From Octopus bimaculoides (Eukaryota), in NCBI RefSeq assembly GCF_001194135.2, contig NC_069006.1:16891008-16955007 (forward strand): a stretch of 64,000 nucleotides of DNA, written 5' to 3'. This document shows positions 1 to 13,115 of this stretch, piece after piece; the first letter of the stretch is position 1, and every line of letters begins with the position of its first letter. The notes beneath the pieces were generated by a model that worked only from the letters and a program-made list of their open reading frames with translations, searched no databases and was not told the origin of the DNA. A program made the translations under genes and the position numbers.

Positions 1-653
1 TTTGACGCTGATCGATTAAATGTGTCACGGTGAGCAAGGGGAGGTAACTCTAAATATTTACTCTGACGGTTATTGCTTCATATACAATATTTCGCGGTTC
101 CTTTGTATGGAAATCCACACAGACACGCTCTCTCGCGTGCGCACATATACGCCCCAAGGTTGAAGTGATGCCCATTATGGAGTTCTGCTCTCACATCTGA
201 GCGATTCTGTATTTTATCCTGAGATAGGCCACTCGGCTGATTAGCACTTGCATCACAAACGGCCATACTCCGGCCGCTGGCCAAGAGGCGTGCTTTCTCC
301 TGTATGTCTTTTGTAACGCTTCTATAATAGCCTCTACACCTCAGAGCTGTCCAGTCTCGAATCTCATGCACCCGACCCACTTGTCTCTCCACCACTCAAA
401 ACCCCTGGAGTGTCCAAACTCCATTTTCTCTACCCTAATCACTTGGCCCAGTCTGTCTTCTCCAGAACATAATTTCTCTAGAATCTTATGTCTCTCATAT
501 CCTACAGGTGTTGACTTGCAACAACTCAAACAGAACATTAAAAGCCTCACCCTACCAATATTGGAGAGCCTGCAAGAGCCATGAGCATGGACCCTTCCCC
601 CAAACTCAGAATGTAAAAGATATGTGAGAAAAGAAAACAAACAGAACAGCCCA

Positions 654-970
654 CAGGCATGGCTGTGTAGTAAGAAGTTTGTTTCCTAACCACATGGTTC
701 TGGATTCAATCCCACTGCATAACACCTTGGGCAAGTGTCTTCTACTATAACCGTGGGCTAACCAAAGCCTTGAATGGATTTAGTAGACAGAAACTGAAAG
801 AAGCCTGTTGTATATTTAAACATATGTATCTATGTGTATGTGTTTGTCTCCCACCATTGCTTGACAACCGGTGTTGGTGTGTTTACATCCCCATAACCTT
901 GTGGTTTGGCAAAAGAAACTGATAGAATAAGTACCAGACTTAAAAAAAAATTATGTACTGAGGTTGATGT
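654..970 (+). mobile_element. tRNA-derived SINE, family A (GGCTGTGTGGTAAG...GGTTCAGTCCCACTG head)
   Basis: Pol III A/B-box-like head and shared body; many copies in window. Confidence 0.85.
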
Positions 971-1439
971 GAATTGTCTTTTTGGCTGTCGGATTCTCTC
1001 TGCCAATCTCAAAGAAGTTTGTATATTTATATCTCAACAAACAAGCTAGAAAAATAACTATATCATATAGAACAATAGCTTTACTGAATCCATCTCTTTC
1101 CTGCTCTCTCTTGCACTTTTGCTGTTTCCCACTATCTTTCCCTTACTCTTCCCTCTGTTTGGGCAGCCATGTATCTCCTCTACAGCAGCACACTTGTTTC
1201 TGCCCTCATTCTTGATCACTTTCTCTCTCCTTCTTTTGCTTTTTCCACTGGCTTGGTAACCAAGTATCTCCTTTACATTCTCTCTCCCCCTTTCTCTGGC
1301 TGGGCAACCATGTACCTCCTCTATAGCAAGACACTTGTTTCTGCCTCTCTATCACACTCTAACCTCTCATCATCTGACACAAGAACCCCTCCTCCAATGC
1401 CACCCTCCTATCAAAATTCCTTGCCTTGCAAGTTAGTTG

Positions 1440-1740
1440 GTGACTCTGCCGGTGTTGGTGCCATGTAAAAAGCATCTAGTCCACACTGTTAAGTGGTTGG
1501 CATTTGGAAGGGCATCTAGCTATAGAAATCATCCTCACCTGTGCTGGTGTCATGTAAAAAGCACTAAGTCTACTCTGCAGAATGGTTTGTGTCAGGAGGG
1601 GCTTCCAGCAATATAAACCCTGCCAAAACAGACACAGGAGCCTGGGGTAGTCTTCTACCTAGCTGGTTCCTGTCAACCATCCTATCCATACATACATGGA
1701 AGATGGATATTAAACAATGATCATGATGATGATGATGATT
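1440..1740 (+). mobile_element. SINE family B (RTE-like 3' tail ending in (ATG)n)
   Basis: GGAAGGGCATCCAGC...CCAACCCATGC..ATGGAA..GGAC.TTAAAC(GAT)n body, repeated many times in window. Confidence 0.75.
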
Positions 1741-1868
1741 GCCTGTGGGATGCAGAATTCAAAAATCAAATATATTTTTCTTGAGGATGCACCGTTTCAG
1801 AGCCTCTTTGGCCTAAACTCACATATATAACCACATACATTCACATGTATTTAGTATGTATGTATGTA

Positions 1869-1944
<76 letters not shown>

Positions 1945-2007
1945 ATGATTGATTCTTTTGTCATGAATGACAAATGAGGGTTCAGTAAAATAAAGTGGTA
2001 TATATAT

Positions 2008-2345
2008 CATCATCATCGTTTAATGTCCACTCTCCATGCTAGCATAGGTTGGACGATGTGACTGAGGACTGGGAAACCAGGTGGCTGCACCAGGCTCCAA
2101 TCTGATCTGGCAGAGTTTCTACAGCTGGATGCCCTTCCTAACGCCAACCACTCCGAGAGTGTAGTGGGTGCTTTTACATGCAACTAGCACGAAGGCCAGT
2201 GAGGCGCTACTAGCAACGACCATACTCAAATGGTATTTTTTATGTGCCACCTGCACAGGAGCCAGTCCAGCGGCACTGACAACGACCTCGCTCGAATGTT
2301 TTGTCACGTGCCACCTCCACAAGTGCCAGTAAGGTGATGCTGGTA
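2008..2345 (-). mobile_element. SINE family B copy
   Basis: Reverse complement of the family B body. Confidence 0.85.
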
Positions 2346-2819
2346 ACGAACACATGAAGCTGAGGTGCTGGCTGACCCTAATAGCAGCTGCAACATCAGC
2401 AGCTCTCATAATGGTCCCTACAGTAGCCGGGGCGACAGTACCAATAGTAGCAGCAACAAAGACACAAACAAAACCAGCGGCAGCACCATCGTCACAACAT
2501 CAGAGACAGTAATGGCAGTTACCCCTAGTAGAAATAACAGCAGTGACAGTGCCTCTATCAATGATGATGACCATGACAACTGCACCATTACCAACACCAG
2601 TTGTGACAGCACCAGCACCATCACCACCTCCAAGGACGCCAACACCAACAGCGCCAGTACTACAACAGCTGTAGCAGCAAAACTCGACCATGGAGATACA
2701 TTGGTTGCTCTGGTAACACATTCAAACAACGCCTCTCCAACCACAGATCCTCCTTCAGGATGCCGGAAAGAAGATACGTTACGTCACTAGCCAGCCAGAT
2801 ATGTTACGCCACTAGGCAG

Positions 2820-3360
2820 CTGAAAGACAACGAGATTCCATACACAATATGGAGAATCCTAGAAAATCCAGGCTCCTACATAAACAGGATCAAGTGTTGT
2901 AAACTAGGCATAGCAGACGGGTGAGGCTTCTAAAGGACTCCCTCGATCTGAGGAATATCCTTAACTCCAGAACGGAGATCTTCGGACTGTGCTTGCATTT
3001 CAGGAAATTCTTGCTGGCCTATTGGAACCCGCAAGATAACAGTGTCACTTGTTATCGATACTGTTGTTAATATTGAGTAGCGAGGTCCTTTTCTCCTCCA
3101 TATCCTAGAGAGGCCTAACAGGTTTTGGCATCTGATGATATGCCGTAAAGCTAATTGCTTTATGGACGTGAAACACAGAGTAATCCCATGAACCGGCCTT
3201 ATCTAACATTTTTATTTATATACTGCTCTATTACTTAGAGCGTGCTTCTTTTTCGGATTTATGTTTTATCGACGATATAAAATTAACTTTCTTTCCGTCC
3301 CTGAGCGTCTGTTAATATTTTGCCTGCACCACGTCCTCGCGTTGTTGTTTTTTTCTTCGG
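2820..3360 (+). mobile_element. Penelope-like retroelement 3' remnant (GIY-YIG endonuclease C-terminus plus pLTR)
   Basis: Frameshifted LKDNEIPYTIWRILENPGSYINRIKCCKL and ILNSRTEIFGLCLHFRKFLL match the PLE C-terminal pattern (C.LC..EK...LLN.R.E...C.H..KF.L); a hammerhead motif follows. Confidence 0.8.
3121..3194 (+). ncRNA. Type I hammerhead ribozyme motif in Penelope pLTR
   Basis: CTGATGA 3132-3138; stem II atgccgtaaagc-taatt-gctttatggacgt; GAAA 3170-3173; GTA cleavage triplet 3180-3182; imperfect stem I. Confidence 0.65.
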
Positions 3361-3461
3361 CGGGGATTAACTATATATATATATATATATATATATAGAT
3401 ATACACACACACACACATGTATATGCGTGTATACATACATTTATATGTGTGTATGTATATT

Positions 3462-3515
<54 letters not shown>

Positions 3516-3679
3516 AAACAGCTGTGTTGGACTGATATAAGCGATTATTTTAAGTGGTCAGCGACATTAACTCTTTGTATAGCAAAAGTTGACCTAATTC
3601 GTTAATAAAAACATATAAAACAAGAAAACAACAAAGCAAAAACCAAGCGTCAAAGCAGGTCAACAAAAGTTATCTGCTC

Positions 3680-3994
3680 TTGACTTCTCCCTCCCTCTCT
3701 CTTTGTCTGTCTATTTATTTAAACTATATTTTCTCTCTTCCGTGTGTCGTGTGTTTGTCCGCTAGGTGACGCCTGTAGTGACAACTTCCTCAGTTAAAAT
3801 AAAGACTGGGCTGCCATGTTGATACTTGTCCAGTCTGCCTCTCCAGAGACGGCAATCCCATCGACCACAGCCCTACATCTATAAACATTTTCACTGGACT
3901 TTCATACACATACGCTTATAAATCTCTGTGTGTGTGTGTTGTATATATATTTATATATATATATAGACTCTCCCATTTCCATACATTTACATAG
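3680..3994 (+). promoter_or_regulatory. Probable WDR33 promoter / non-coding first exon ending at a strong donor
   Basis: Coding exon 1 starts with an acceptor, so an upstream exon must exist. Here: CT-rich tract, TGACG half-CRE, GCCATGTT (YY1-like), local CpG retention, and AG|GTGAGT at 3994/3995. Confidence 0.5.
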
Positions 3995-4096
3995 GTGAGT
4001 ATTTCTACACTTTATTAATGACTGTTTTGTGTGATTAAATTCAATCATCTATCCATCCATCTCTCTACCCATCTACTCATTTATTTACCAATTTAC

Positions 4097-4127
<31 letters not shown>

Positions 4128-4579
4128 CCTATCTGTCTCACTCTGTCTGACTATCTATCTCTCTATCTGTCTATAAAATGGAGAAAGAAAATTGATGACA
4201 TGGATTATAGTTTATTTATCCGTTGTTCGTTGGTGAATCACTTCGTCAGTTACTCAGAGTTTCTGAGCGCTTAGATAATGTGATTGATCTTCAAGCGCCA
4301 AAAGATTGTGTTCTGTATTAATACTCTTGATGTTAATTTATATTTGGCATAGATACCAAAATGAAGTCCTGCAGATATATGCACCTAAAACCAAAAATCA
4401 CATAAAAAAAGATTAAAATAATTAAAAAGAAACACCATATATTCATATAGTTAGTGTGTACATACTAATATATTGCATACTTCGTTGTCCTCACTATCAC
4501 CTCGTATACATCCCGTTATTTACGAGTTTTTGCTATTTGTTCTTGTGTTACTTTATAAAAACAAATCCTTTTCTGTGAA

Positions 4580-4614
<35 letters not shown>

Positions 4615-5296
4615 ACTCATATACGCTTTATAGTGATCGAACAGAAGAGTAATCAATAACAATTTTTCTATCTGCTAGAAATCTCGGGTACCGACGTATT
4701 CTGACTGTATTTTACTCCCCCTCCCTCTCTTTATCTGTCTATCTCTATCCATTAATAGATAGACAGATAATGTGTATTGTATACTCTCTAAGTATTGAGT
4801 CCTTTTTTCATTTCGTCATCGTTCGTTGTTTTTTTATGTTTATAAAGTCACTTGTTTAAAAGTACATTTGTAATACATTCACACGCCTTTGATTAAACAC
4901 AGCAACGGGAGAAAAAGTGCCCCTACAAGCTTGTTATTGAACCCCGTAAGCTACTCATTCTCCTCGCTTAAGACCATTCATTGAGCGAAAAACTCTGAGT
5001 AGCCACAGATTAAATCAGCTGTTTGGAACATTTGTACCATTTTTATCTTGACCTACTGATTTATAAAAGTCATATCCTAAAAATCACATCCCTATAATGT
5101 GTTAACGAAACATTGTTGGAGGGCACATTGTGTAATAATTGTGTGTAGGTGTTAAAATACAATCTTCCATGTTGTTGAGCCCTTGGTCAGTCTTAGACCT
5201 GTTTATCTAGGGTGTTCCAGTCATGACCATCATTTTCTTTTCATTTTTTTTTTGTATATAGTGAAATACATAATCAAATGTGTCCTTTATTTAGAT

Positions 5297-5600
5297 CAGT
5301 GGTTCTCAACCATTTTTTGTAACCTATGGACCCTTTTGATAACCTCTGTTCTCGTGGACCCCCCATAGCTATTCGATGTTTAAAAACTAATTCTATAGCT
5401 CCTTCTTTCAAAATCTCTATTTTGTTATTCGCTCATTCACTTGTGTAGGTTAAACTATGTAAAATGTTAGAGAAAGAAACCTAGTAGTTTCTTGCAGCAG
5501 ATACATTTAAATCAAAACTTTTCATGGACCCTTAAAATACTACTGTGTCCCCAATTTATTAGTTTGCTAGTCTTGTATGGACCCTGGTTCAGAACCACTG
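5297..5600. mobile_element. hAT (Charlie-like) MITE
   Basis: TIRs CAGTGGTTCTCAACC / GGTTCAGAACCACTG; 8-bp TSD ATTTAGAT (5289-5296) / ATTTAGAC (5601-5608). Confidence 0.9.
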
Positions 5601-6344
5601 ATTTAGACGGTAGTGTGCGACTTAGCTGCCATTTCTAGCTGGTCGAACAACCACTTAGAAAGCGCTTTCGTTGACTACGGCTGTCTCGACGGGTACATGT
5701 TCTGTACTCTTGACCTGTCTTCACGTCACCCTCGCTTTTAAATATTAAGACAACCATTTCTTAATATTTGGCGGGATTAGAAACTCTTCAAATTTCTAGT
5801 AGTGTAGTCCCAGTTCAGCCTTTAGTGAGCAAGACCCCTGATTTCAACCCCGACCAGGATGGTTTTTTTTACATAATTCAATTCTCTTTTTAATGATCGT
5901 TGGATTGTGATATGAAGATTTGATTGCTACTTTTAGTAGTTCAAGCGACCACATAAAGGATTACTCCCTTGTTTCGGTTTTTATTTTCTGTCTTTTCCGT
6001 ATGTTTCCCGTTTTTCTGTTCATATTTTATTTATGTCTTCGTATCCTATATATATAAAATTATATCTACGGATATATTAATTTGGCTGATATTTTCTGTA
6101 TCTAAGTATGTTGACACAGCAGAGACGATCGTCGGAGATGTGATTTTCTCCATTCCTATTTTTGTTTCCTTATACTTCGAATTTTTTTGAAATTCTAAAC
6201 GATATTGGGATTTACGCATCGTACATGAGGAATTTCCTTGGATGTTTATTCCTACTTGCATTTATTAATGCCTGATTGTTAAGTATAGTTAACCAAATTC
6301 GTTTAACATTAAGTGTGTTATTAATGGTATCTACCTGGACATTT

Positions 6345-6590
6345 TAATCCCTTAAGAACTTTTCCCCCACCACCTCCTCTTCCGGTCTTTTCACAATGTA
6401 ACCTCGTGGGCATCGGTGCCATTTTCCTCTCCCTCCGTTTTTCCATTCTCCGAACTTTCTGTCTTTCCGATGAAGGGCTCCGCCCGAAACGTCATACTCT
6501 CTCTCCTGCCTTTCCCGAGCGTCCAATAACAACTATCCGTATCACGTCCTCACTTTGTTGTTTTTTTGTTATTGTTTTTTTGTGTTTTTT
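6345..6590 (+). mobile_element. Penelope pLTR-like fragment with degenerate minimal hammerhead
   Basis: CCGATGA-A-GGGC-TCC-GCCC-GAAACGTC at 6467-6493; tail (GAGCGTC...CACGTCCTC.C.TTGTTGTTTTT) shared with 3295-3355. Confidence 0.55.
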
Positions 6591-6616
6591 TTAAAACTTA
6601 TATATATATATATATA

Positions 6617-7470
6617 GGCGCAGGACTGGCTGTGTGGTAAGTAGCTTGCTTGCCAACCACATGGTTCCAGGTTCAGTCCCACTGCGTGGCACCNNNNNNN
6701 NNNNNNNNNNNNNNNNNNNNNNNNNNNNNNNNNNNNNNNNNNNNNNNNNNNNNNNNNNNNNNNNNNNNNNNNNNNNNNNNNNNNNNNNNNNNNNNNNNNN
6801 NNNNNNNNNNNNNNNNNNNNNNNNNNNNNNNNNNNNNNNNNNNNNNNNNNNNNNNNNNNNNNNNNNNNNNNNNNNNNNNNNNNNNNNNNNNNNNNNNNNN
6901 NNNNNNNNNNNNNNNNNNNNNNNNNNNNNNNNNNNNNNNNNNNNNNNNNNNNNNNNNNNNNNNNNNNNNNNNNNNNNNNNNNNNNNNNNNNNNNNNNNNN
7001 NNNNNNNNNNNNNNNNNNNNNNNNNNNNNNNNNNNNNNNNNNNNNNNNNNNNNNNNNNNNNNNNNNNNNNNNNNNNNNNNNNNNNNNNNNNNNNNTGGTA
7101 AGTAGCTTGCTTACCAACCACATGGTCCCGGGTTCAGTCCCACTGCGTGGCATCTTGGGCAAGTGCCTTCTACTATAGCCTCGTGCCGACCAATGCCTTG
7201 TGAGTGGATTTGGTAGACGGAAACTGAAAGAAGCCCGTCGTATATGTGTGTGTGTGTGTTTGTATGTCTGTGTTTGTCCCCCCAACATCGCTTGACAACT
7301 GATGCTGGTGTGTTTATGTCCCCGTAACTTAGTGGTTCGGCAAAAGAGACCGATAGAATAAGTACTAGGCTTCGAAAGAATAAGTCCTGGGGTCGATTTC
7401 TTCGACTAAAGGCGGTGCTCCAGCATGGCCGCAGTCAAAAGACTGAAACAAGTAAAAGAGTAAGAGAGTA
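6617..7470 (+). mobile_element. SINE family A spanning a gap (head present on both sides; probably one copy)
   Basis: Same head sequence at 6617-6693 and from 7096 onward. Confidence 0.85.
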
Positions 7471-8249
7471 TATACACACACACACACACACACGCACATT
7501 CATTATAATCTAACGTCTCACTATTAGTATTCTTGTCGATCTAATGGAATCTTTACAGTTTTATTATTAGCCTTGTTTTCTTTTTTTTTCTTCCATCCAT
7601 TCATATCAATATGCTACGTATCAGTTCATAATGAAAAATAAACATTCTGTTAGTAGATCCATCGTATAGCCATATCTATAGAAACACCCCTCTTGTGTGT
7701 GTATGTGTAACATCCAGGGATGTTACATCTCTGTGGCATTTATTTTATAGACATCTGTATAACACTTCTCTCCTAGATACATTATATATATGTGTAACAT
7801 GTCCAAGATAATTTGTAGGGATATATATCTTTGTAACGTTATCATATAGGCGTGGACAACACGACATGTACGTACATGCATAAGCATTTATACATAATGA
7901 GCACATACGCGTATATAGATAGCTGGATCTTTGTTTTGATGAAGATTCATTTATTCGATCCACTGAATTACGCCCTCATTGAGTTAGTTTGTAAAATAAC
8001 TGTGCATTCCACAGATATTTGTATCTTTTGAATTACATGTATGATCCATCTGATAGGCTTGTCGAGAAATTTAAATATTCTGACATTTAATGTCTGTATA
8101 TATTAAATTTCTATACCCATTTTCACTTAAGAGAGTAGAAGGTATGGGCGAACCCAAGGCGATAGGAAACGACATTTGCCCTAGATACTATGCAGTGGGA
8201 TTGAACCCAGGGGCTCATGGTTATGAAAGGCTTCTATAAGTCACGTGAG

Positions 8250-9173
8250 ACTTGGAAAGTGTTGAGTCAAGCTCTAAATGGCAGTCTAGGAGTTGCTCAA
8301 GTTCTCTTGGTTCTCTTCTGATTGTCTGCATTCATTTCCAACACATGAATCTTATCCCCACACAGCTGTTGCCAAGTGGTATGGTCAGCAACAGCAACTT
8401 CCTGGTCATTGGATCTAATCTTTCATTTTCTTAAAGCACTATTCATCTGCTCCTTAGCACTTCTTTCAGCTGTCCATGTTATTATAGCTGATCGTACACA
8501 CTTCATTGGTGTTATCAACATATACGGGTATCCTTATCAAATGCTCCAGCCAATGCAGTTGGCACTGGGTGATGATGACCTCAGCTTTTTTGCAGTTGGT
8601 CTCTGCAAGCATTACAGTGTGGCTCATACACACTTGTGTTAGGTAATTCCCAGGATGCAATGGAAATGGCTTATGTGGAAGAGCCCCAAGGACTTGATGT
8701 AATAGCTGTAGACCACCTAAGCTTCACATCTGTAGAGAGCAGTAATATAGACTGCATGTTATATAGTGACCTTTTGTGGAGGTGAAAGTCTGCTTTAATG
8801 TCTCCAAAAGACAGTTGATGTCTGTTTAATACAGGTCTAGATGTTGGTCATCAGTGCTATCATCTTCAGAGACATAGCTCCACAAATATCTGAAAGCTGT
8901 TACCACTGACAGCTGTTCATTACCAACAGTAAAAGTATAGAGAGTGAGTGAGATTCCATTGGACGATCACTTTAGTCTTATGGTATTGATAGATAACCCT
9001 ATACTACTGTATGTTTTCACTGCCGCAGCTAGGATAGCCTGAAGCTTCTTCTGAGTAAGGGCCACAAAAGCAGAGTGGTCTGCATATTGCAGCTCTAAGA
9101 CCTGTTCTTTATGGAGTTTGGTAGTTGTATGGCGCTTGTTAGTGTTAAGGTTGCCTTTTTGTTTGCAGTTCAT
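8250..9173 (-). mobile_element. Decayed RTE-clade LINE reverse transcriptase fragment
   Basis: VLELQYADHSAFVALTQKKLQAIL...GLSINT (YADD region) and VMLAETNCKKAEVIITQCQLHWLEHLIRIP. Confidence 0.8.
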
Positions 9174-9870
9174 TGCTGCAATGCTCTCCAGAGAGAGATG
9201 GACTCGAGAACTTGAGATTAGTCATTAGAGCTGATAAGACGTCTGTTGGAGAGCATGACAGAAGATTCAATGCACCATCTACCAATGAAGTATCAGTACT
9301 CATTGCAGGTCAAAACTTAGGAGAAAGAGACATAGTGATAGAGAAACAAAGTGGATCTCTAAGGAAAGTTGCTGAAACACGCAGGAGTAATGATGCTCTC
9401 CAGTGTCCACTTATTTTCTGGCAAGGGCAGGATGGCTATCACTTCCTTCTGAAACTGAGGAAACTATAGGAAACAAAGTTTCAGCACAAGACTTCTATTG
9501 CTACAGAATCGTGTTAAGAACCAACAACTTCAATCACTGAGATGCAAGCAACTCTTCAACCATTTCTTGGTTGATATGTATGCAAAACTCTAAACAGAGG
9601 TTGCTCTCTATCACATGCCACTAATAAGAACTTTGAGGGGAACGCTGCATTCACCTCCAAGATGCTGTTCAAAATGATGGCAATCCACTCAACACTGGAA
9701 AGAAAGTCATTCTTCCATCATCATTTATAGGAGGTGACAAGTACATGCATGAGAAGACTCGAGATGGAATTATATATATCAGAAATTTGGGGAAGCCTGA
9801 CCTCTTCATTACCTTTACCTGCGACCCATTATGGCATGAAATAAGTAGCAATTTGATAGAAGGTCAATCT
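9173..9870 (+). mobile_element. Helitron Rep/helicase fragment (disrupted)
   Basis: LRLVIRADKT..GEHDRRFNAP..NEV...ETRRSNDALQCPLIFWQGQDGYHF, then KVILPSSFIGGDKYMHEK...GKPDLFITFTCDP.W.EI. Confidence 0.92.
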
Positions 9871-10758
9871 GTTATTGTTCAATTTTAATAAAATTTAACA
9901 CATTGAGTGCCATGTAGACAATATATGTATACATGACACTTTACATATGTATATTGTGTACATGTTTTCTCATCAAAAAATGAACTGTATACAACTATTA
10001 TATACAACTGAAATACTATACGAATTTGAAAAAAACCACATGTGGCACACAGGACTGATTTACACATTTCCCCTTGGCTATCAATGTGTTAATTTGTACT
10101 CAATGCATGAAGTGTTATTGTTGGGTCCAAGGCCCAATCAAGATCCCTTCACAGGAGCTAGCTTACAAGCTGCCCACCTGATAAGGCGGCTTTTAAGCTA
10201 GTGTTGTTATATGTCCTCGAGTTAGGGAATGAAGCAGTGCTACAATTTTCATTACTGTTAACTTTCCATGAAAAAATGGTGAACATTTGTAAATATAAAC
10301 AAGTAACTGTTGATAAGAAAGAAAGCAAACGATTTTTTGCAGGGAAAGTGAATAGGAGATGGACAAAGTTAATAGTAATGAAAACTAGCGATGCTTCACT
10401 CCCAACTCGAGGGCATATAACAACATGACTACCTAAACTTGGGATCTTTAGCGAGATACTATATGTATGGATGTACCTGATGTGACTCAGACTGCAAAAT
10501 GGATGCAACAAAACATGTTGAATGGAGTCCCACCCATAAGGGACAGTAGCAGGATGGGTTGAAATGATTGTTGTACAAAATACCAAATCCATCTTCTGGT
10601 TACTTAATCAGTTATCATTATCTCGACTAACATGGCATAGTTCTTGAAGTAACTCCAACTGCGGATGACACCAGAGAGCCCAAACTGTGCCAGTGCTCTC
10701 TACTCAACAGTTCAACCAACTAATTGACATATACCCATTAGTCCCCAAAATTACATAT

Positions 10759-10818
<60 letters not shown>

Positions 10819-12479
10819 NNNNNNNNNNNNNNNNNNNNNNNNNNNNNNNNNNNNNNNNNNNNNNNNNNNNNNNNNNNNNNNNNNNNNNNNNNNNNNNNNN
10901 NNNNNNNNNNNNNNNNNNNNNNNNNNNNNNNNNNNNNNNNNNNNNNNNNNNNNNNNNNNNNNNNNNNNNNNNNNNNNNNNNNNNNNNNNNNNNNNNNNNN
11001 NNNNNNNNNNNNNNNNNNNNNNNNNNNNNNNNNNNNNNNNNNNNNNNNNNNNNNNNNNNNNNNNNNNNNNNNNNNNNNNNNNNNNNNNNNNNNNNNNNNN
11101 NNNNNNNNNNNNNNNNNNNNNNNNNNNNNNNNNNNNNNNNNNNNNNNNNNNNNNNNNNNNNNNNNNNNNNNNNNNNNNNNNNNNNNNNNNNNNNNNNNNN
11201 NNNNNNNNNNNNNNNNNNNNNNNNNNNNNNNNNNNNNNNNNNNNNNNNNNNNNNNNNNNNNNNNNNNNNNNNNNNNNNNNNNNNNNNNNNNNNNNNNNNN
11301 NNNNNNNNNNNNNNNNNNNNNNNNNNNNNNNNNNNNNNNNNNNNNNNNNNCTCTGCTAGATCAGATTGGAGTCTGGTGTAGCCATCCGCTTCGCCAGTCC
11401 CCAGCCAAATCGTCCAACCCATGCTAGTATGGAAAGCGGACGTTAAATGATAATGATAATACACACACAAACACACACACACACACATATTATTTTTTAT
11501 TCTTGTTTCAGTCATTTGTCTGTAATCATGCTGGAACACTGCCTTGAAGGTTTTTAGTTCAACAAACCAACCCCAGGATTTATTTTCTGAAGCCTAGTAC
11601 TTATTGTATATTTTCACTTTTGCTGAACCACTAAGTTAAAGAGATGTAAACACACCCACAACAGTTGTGAAGCAGTGATCTGGGGGACAAATAGACACAA
11701 AGACATAGATATATATATACAATGGGCTTCTTCTAGTTTCCGTCTACTAAATCTACTCACAAGGCTCTGGTCAGCTGGAGGCTACAATACAAGACACTTG
11801 CCTATATAGATAGATACATAGGGCTGCTTTTAAGCTAGTATATAGCTTTTAAGCAACTGACCCCAAATGGGAAGATCTGCAAACAGATCTCTGACTTGCT
11901 TTGGAGAATTTGTTGCAATTGCTTCCTCCAGAGTCATATCCCAGTGATAATCAGATTCGTCACAAAAACAAATCACGTAAAAAGAATCACCGGAAACAAT
12001 CAGAGTAATGAAAACTTGGGAATCCCAAATTTCATGATTGTGGGTCTGTATTCAACCAGGAATGTTTTTAATTTACTCATGGAGTCAGCCTAATTCCAAA
12101 ATGGTATATGTTGGACTACTGCCTTTAGGAGTAAAGTTCAAAAAGTGTGACACACTGACATTCACATTTATGATATTATTACAGATTCTGCCGAGGTCGA
12201 CTTTGCCTTTCATCCTTTTGGGGGCAATATAATTAGTACCAGTTACGTACTGGAGTTGATGTAATCGACTTAATCCCTTCCCCCAAAATATGAGGCCTTG
12301 TGCTTCCAGTAAAAAGGATTTATTAAAGTTGAAAAAGTGTAACACACTGACATTCTCATTTATTATATTAGATATGTTTAGTTTTGGGGAAACTTTATTT
12401 CAATTAAAGTGAATTTTATGTGTGTGTGCGTGTGTATGTATTAAAGCAAAATATAAAACAAAAGTGAAATCAAAATTGC

Positions 12480-13115
12480 TGATGTGGCTGATGACAGTAC
12501 CACCTGATTGGCACTTGTGCCAGTGGAATGTTAAAAGCACGTCCAAACATGGGGTGTAATCGGCCCACTTATGAGTATCCCTCATTCATTGGACAATGAA
12601 CTTTGCTTGCAAAAACCTATTGAGACAAGTGAAAACAAATCAAAATCACTGGTGTGGCCAATGACAGTACCGCCTGATTGGCACTCGTGCCACTGGTACG
12701 TTAAAAGCACATCCGCGCATGATTGTTGCCAGGGCCACAGATTGGCTCCCGTGCTGGTGGCATGTGAAAAGCACCATTCGCATGTGATCGTTGCCAGAAT
12801 TGCCCTACCGGCACATGAGAAAGACAACATTCAAGCTTGGTCATTTCCAGAGCCGCCAGACTGGCTCCTGTGCAGGTAGCACATAAAAAAACACCTTTCG
12901 AGCGTGGTCGTTGCCAGAACCTCCTGACTGGCCCTTGTGCCGGTGTCACGTAAACGCACCCGCTACACTCTTGGAGTGGTTGGCGTTAGGAAGGGCATCC
13001 AGCTGTTGAAACATTGCCAGATTGGATTGAGCCTGGTGCAGCCTCTGGCTCACCAGTTCTCAGTCAAACCATCCAACCCATGCCAGCATGGAAAGTGGAC
13101 CTTAAACGATGATGA
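12480..13115 (+). mobile_element. SINE family B with expanded internal repeat units
   Basis: Repeated GTGCTGGTGGCACGT.AAAAGCACC-like units followed by the family B tail. Confidence 0.8.

Noticed and set aside
78-640. Overlapping ORFs (105, 99, 72 aa) in moderately GC-rich DNA at the window start
   Set aside because: No recognisable domain; ARERACLC comes from a GA/GT low-complexity run; no splice structure I can support. It may be an old TE remnant, and a BLASTX would decide.
2365-2790. 141-aa Ser/Thr/Asn-rich ORF and hydrophobic antisense ORFs
   Set aside because: Produced by degenerate CAN/ACN triplet repeats next to a Penelope remnant; low complexity, no homology signal.
6617-7140. Apparent tandem SINE heads either side of the gap
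   Set aside because: Most likely overlapping contig ends of a single copy.
10080-10740. 144-aa and 75-aa ORFs after the Helitron piece
   Set aside because: No motif recognised; cannot assign.
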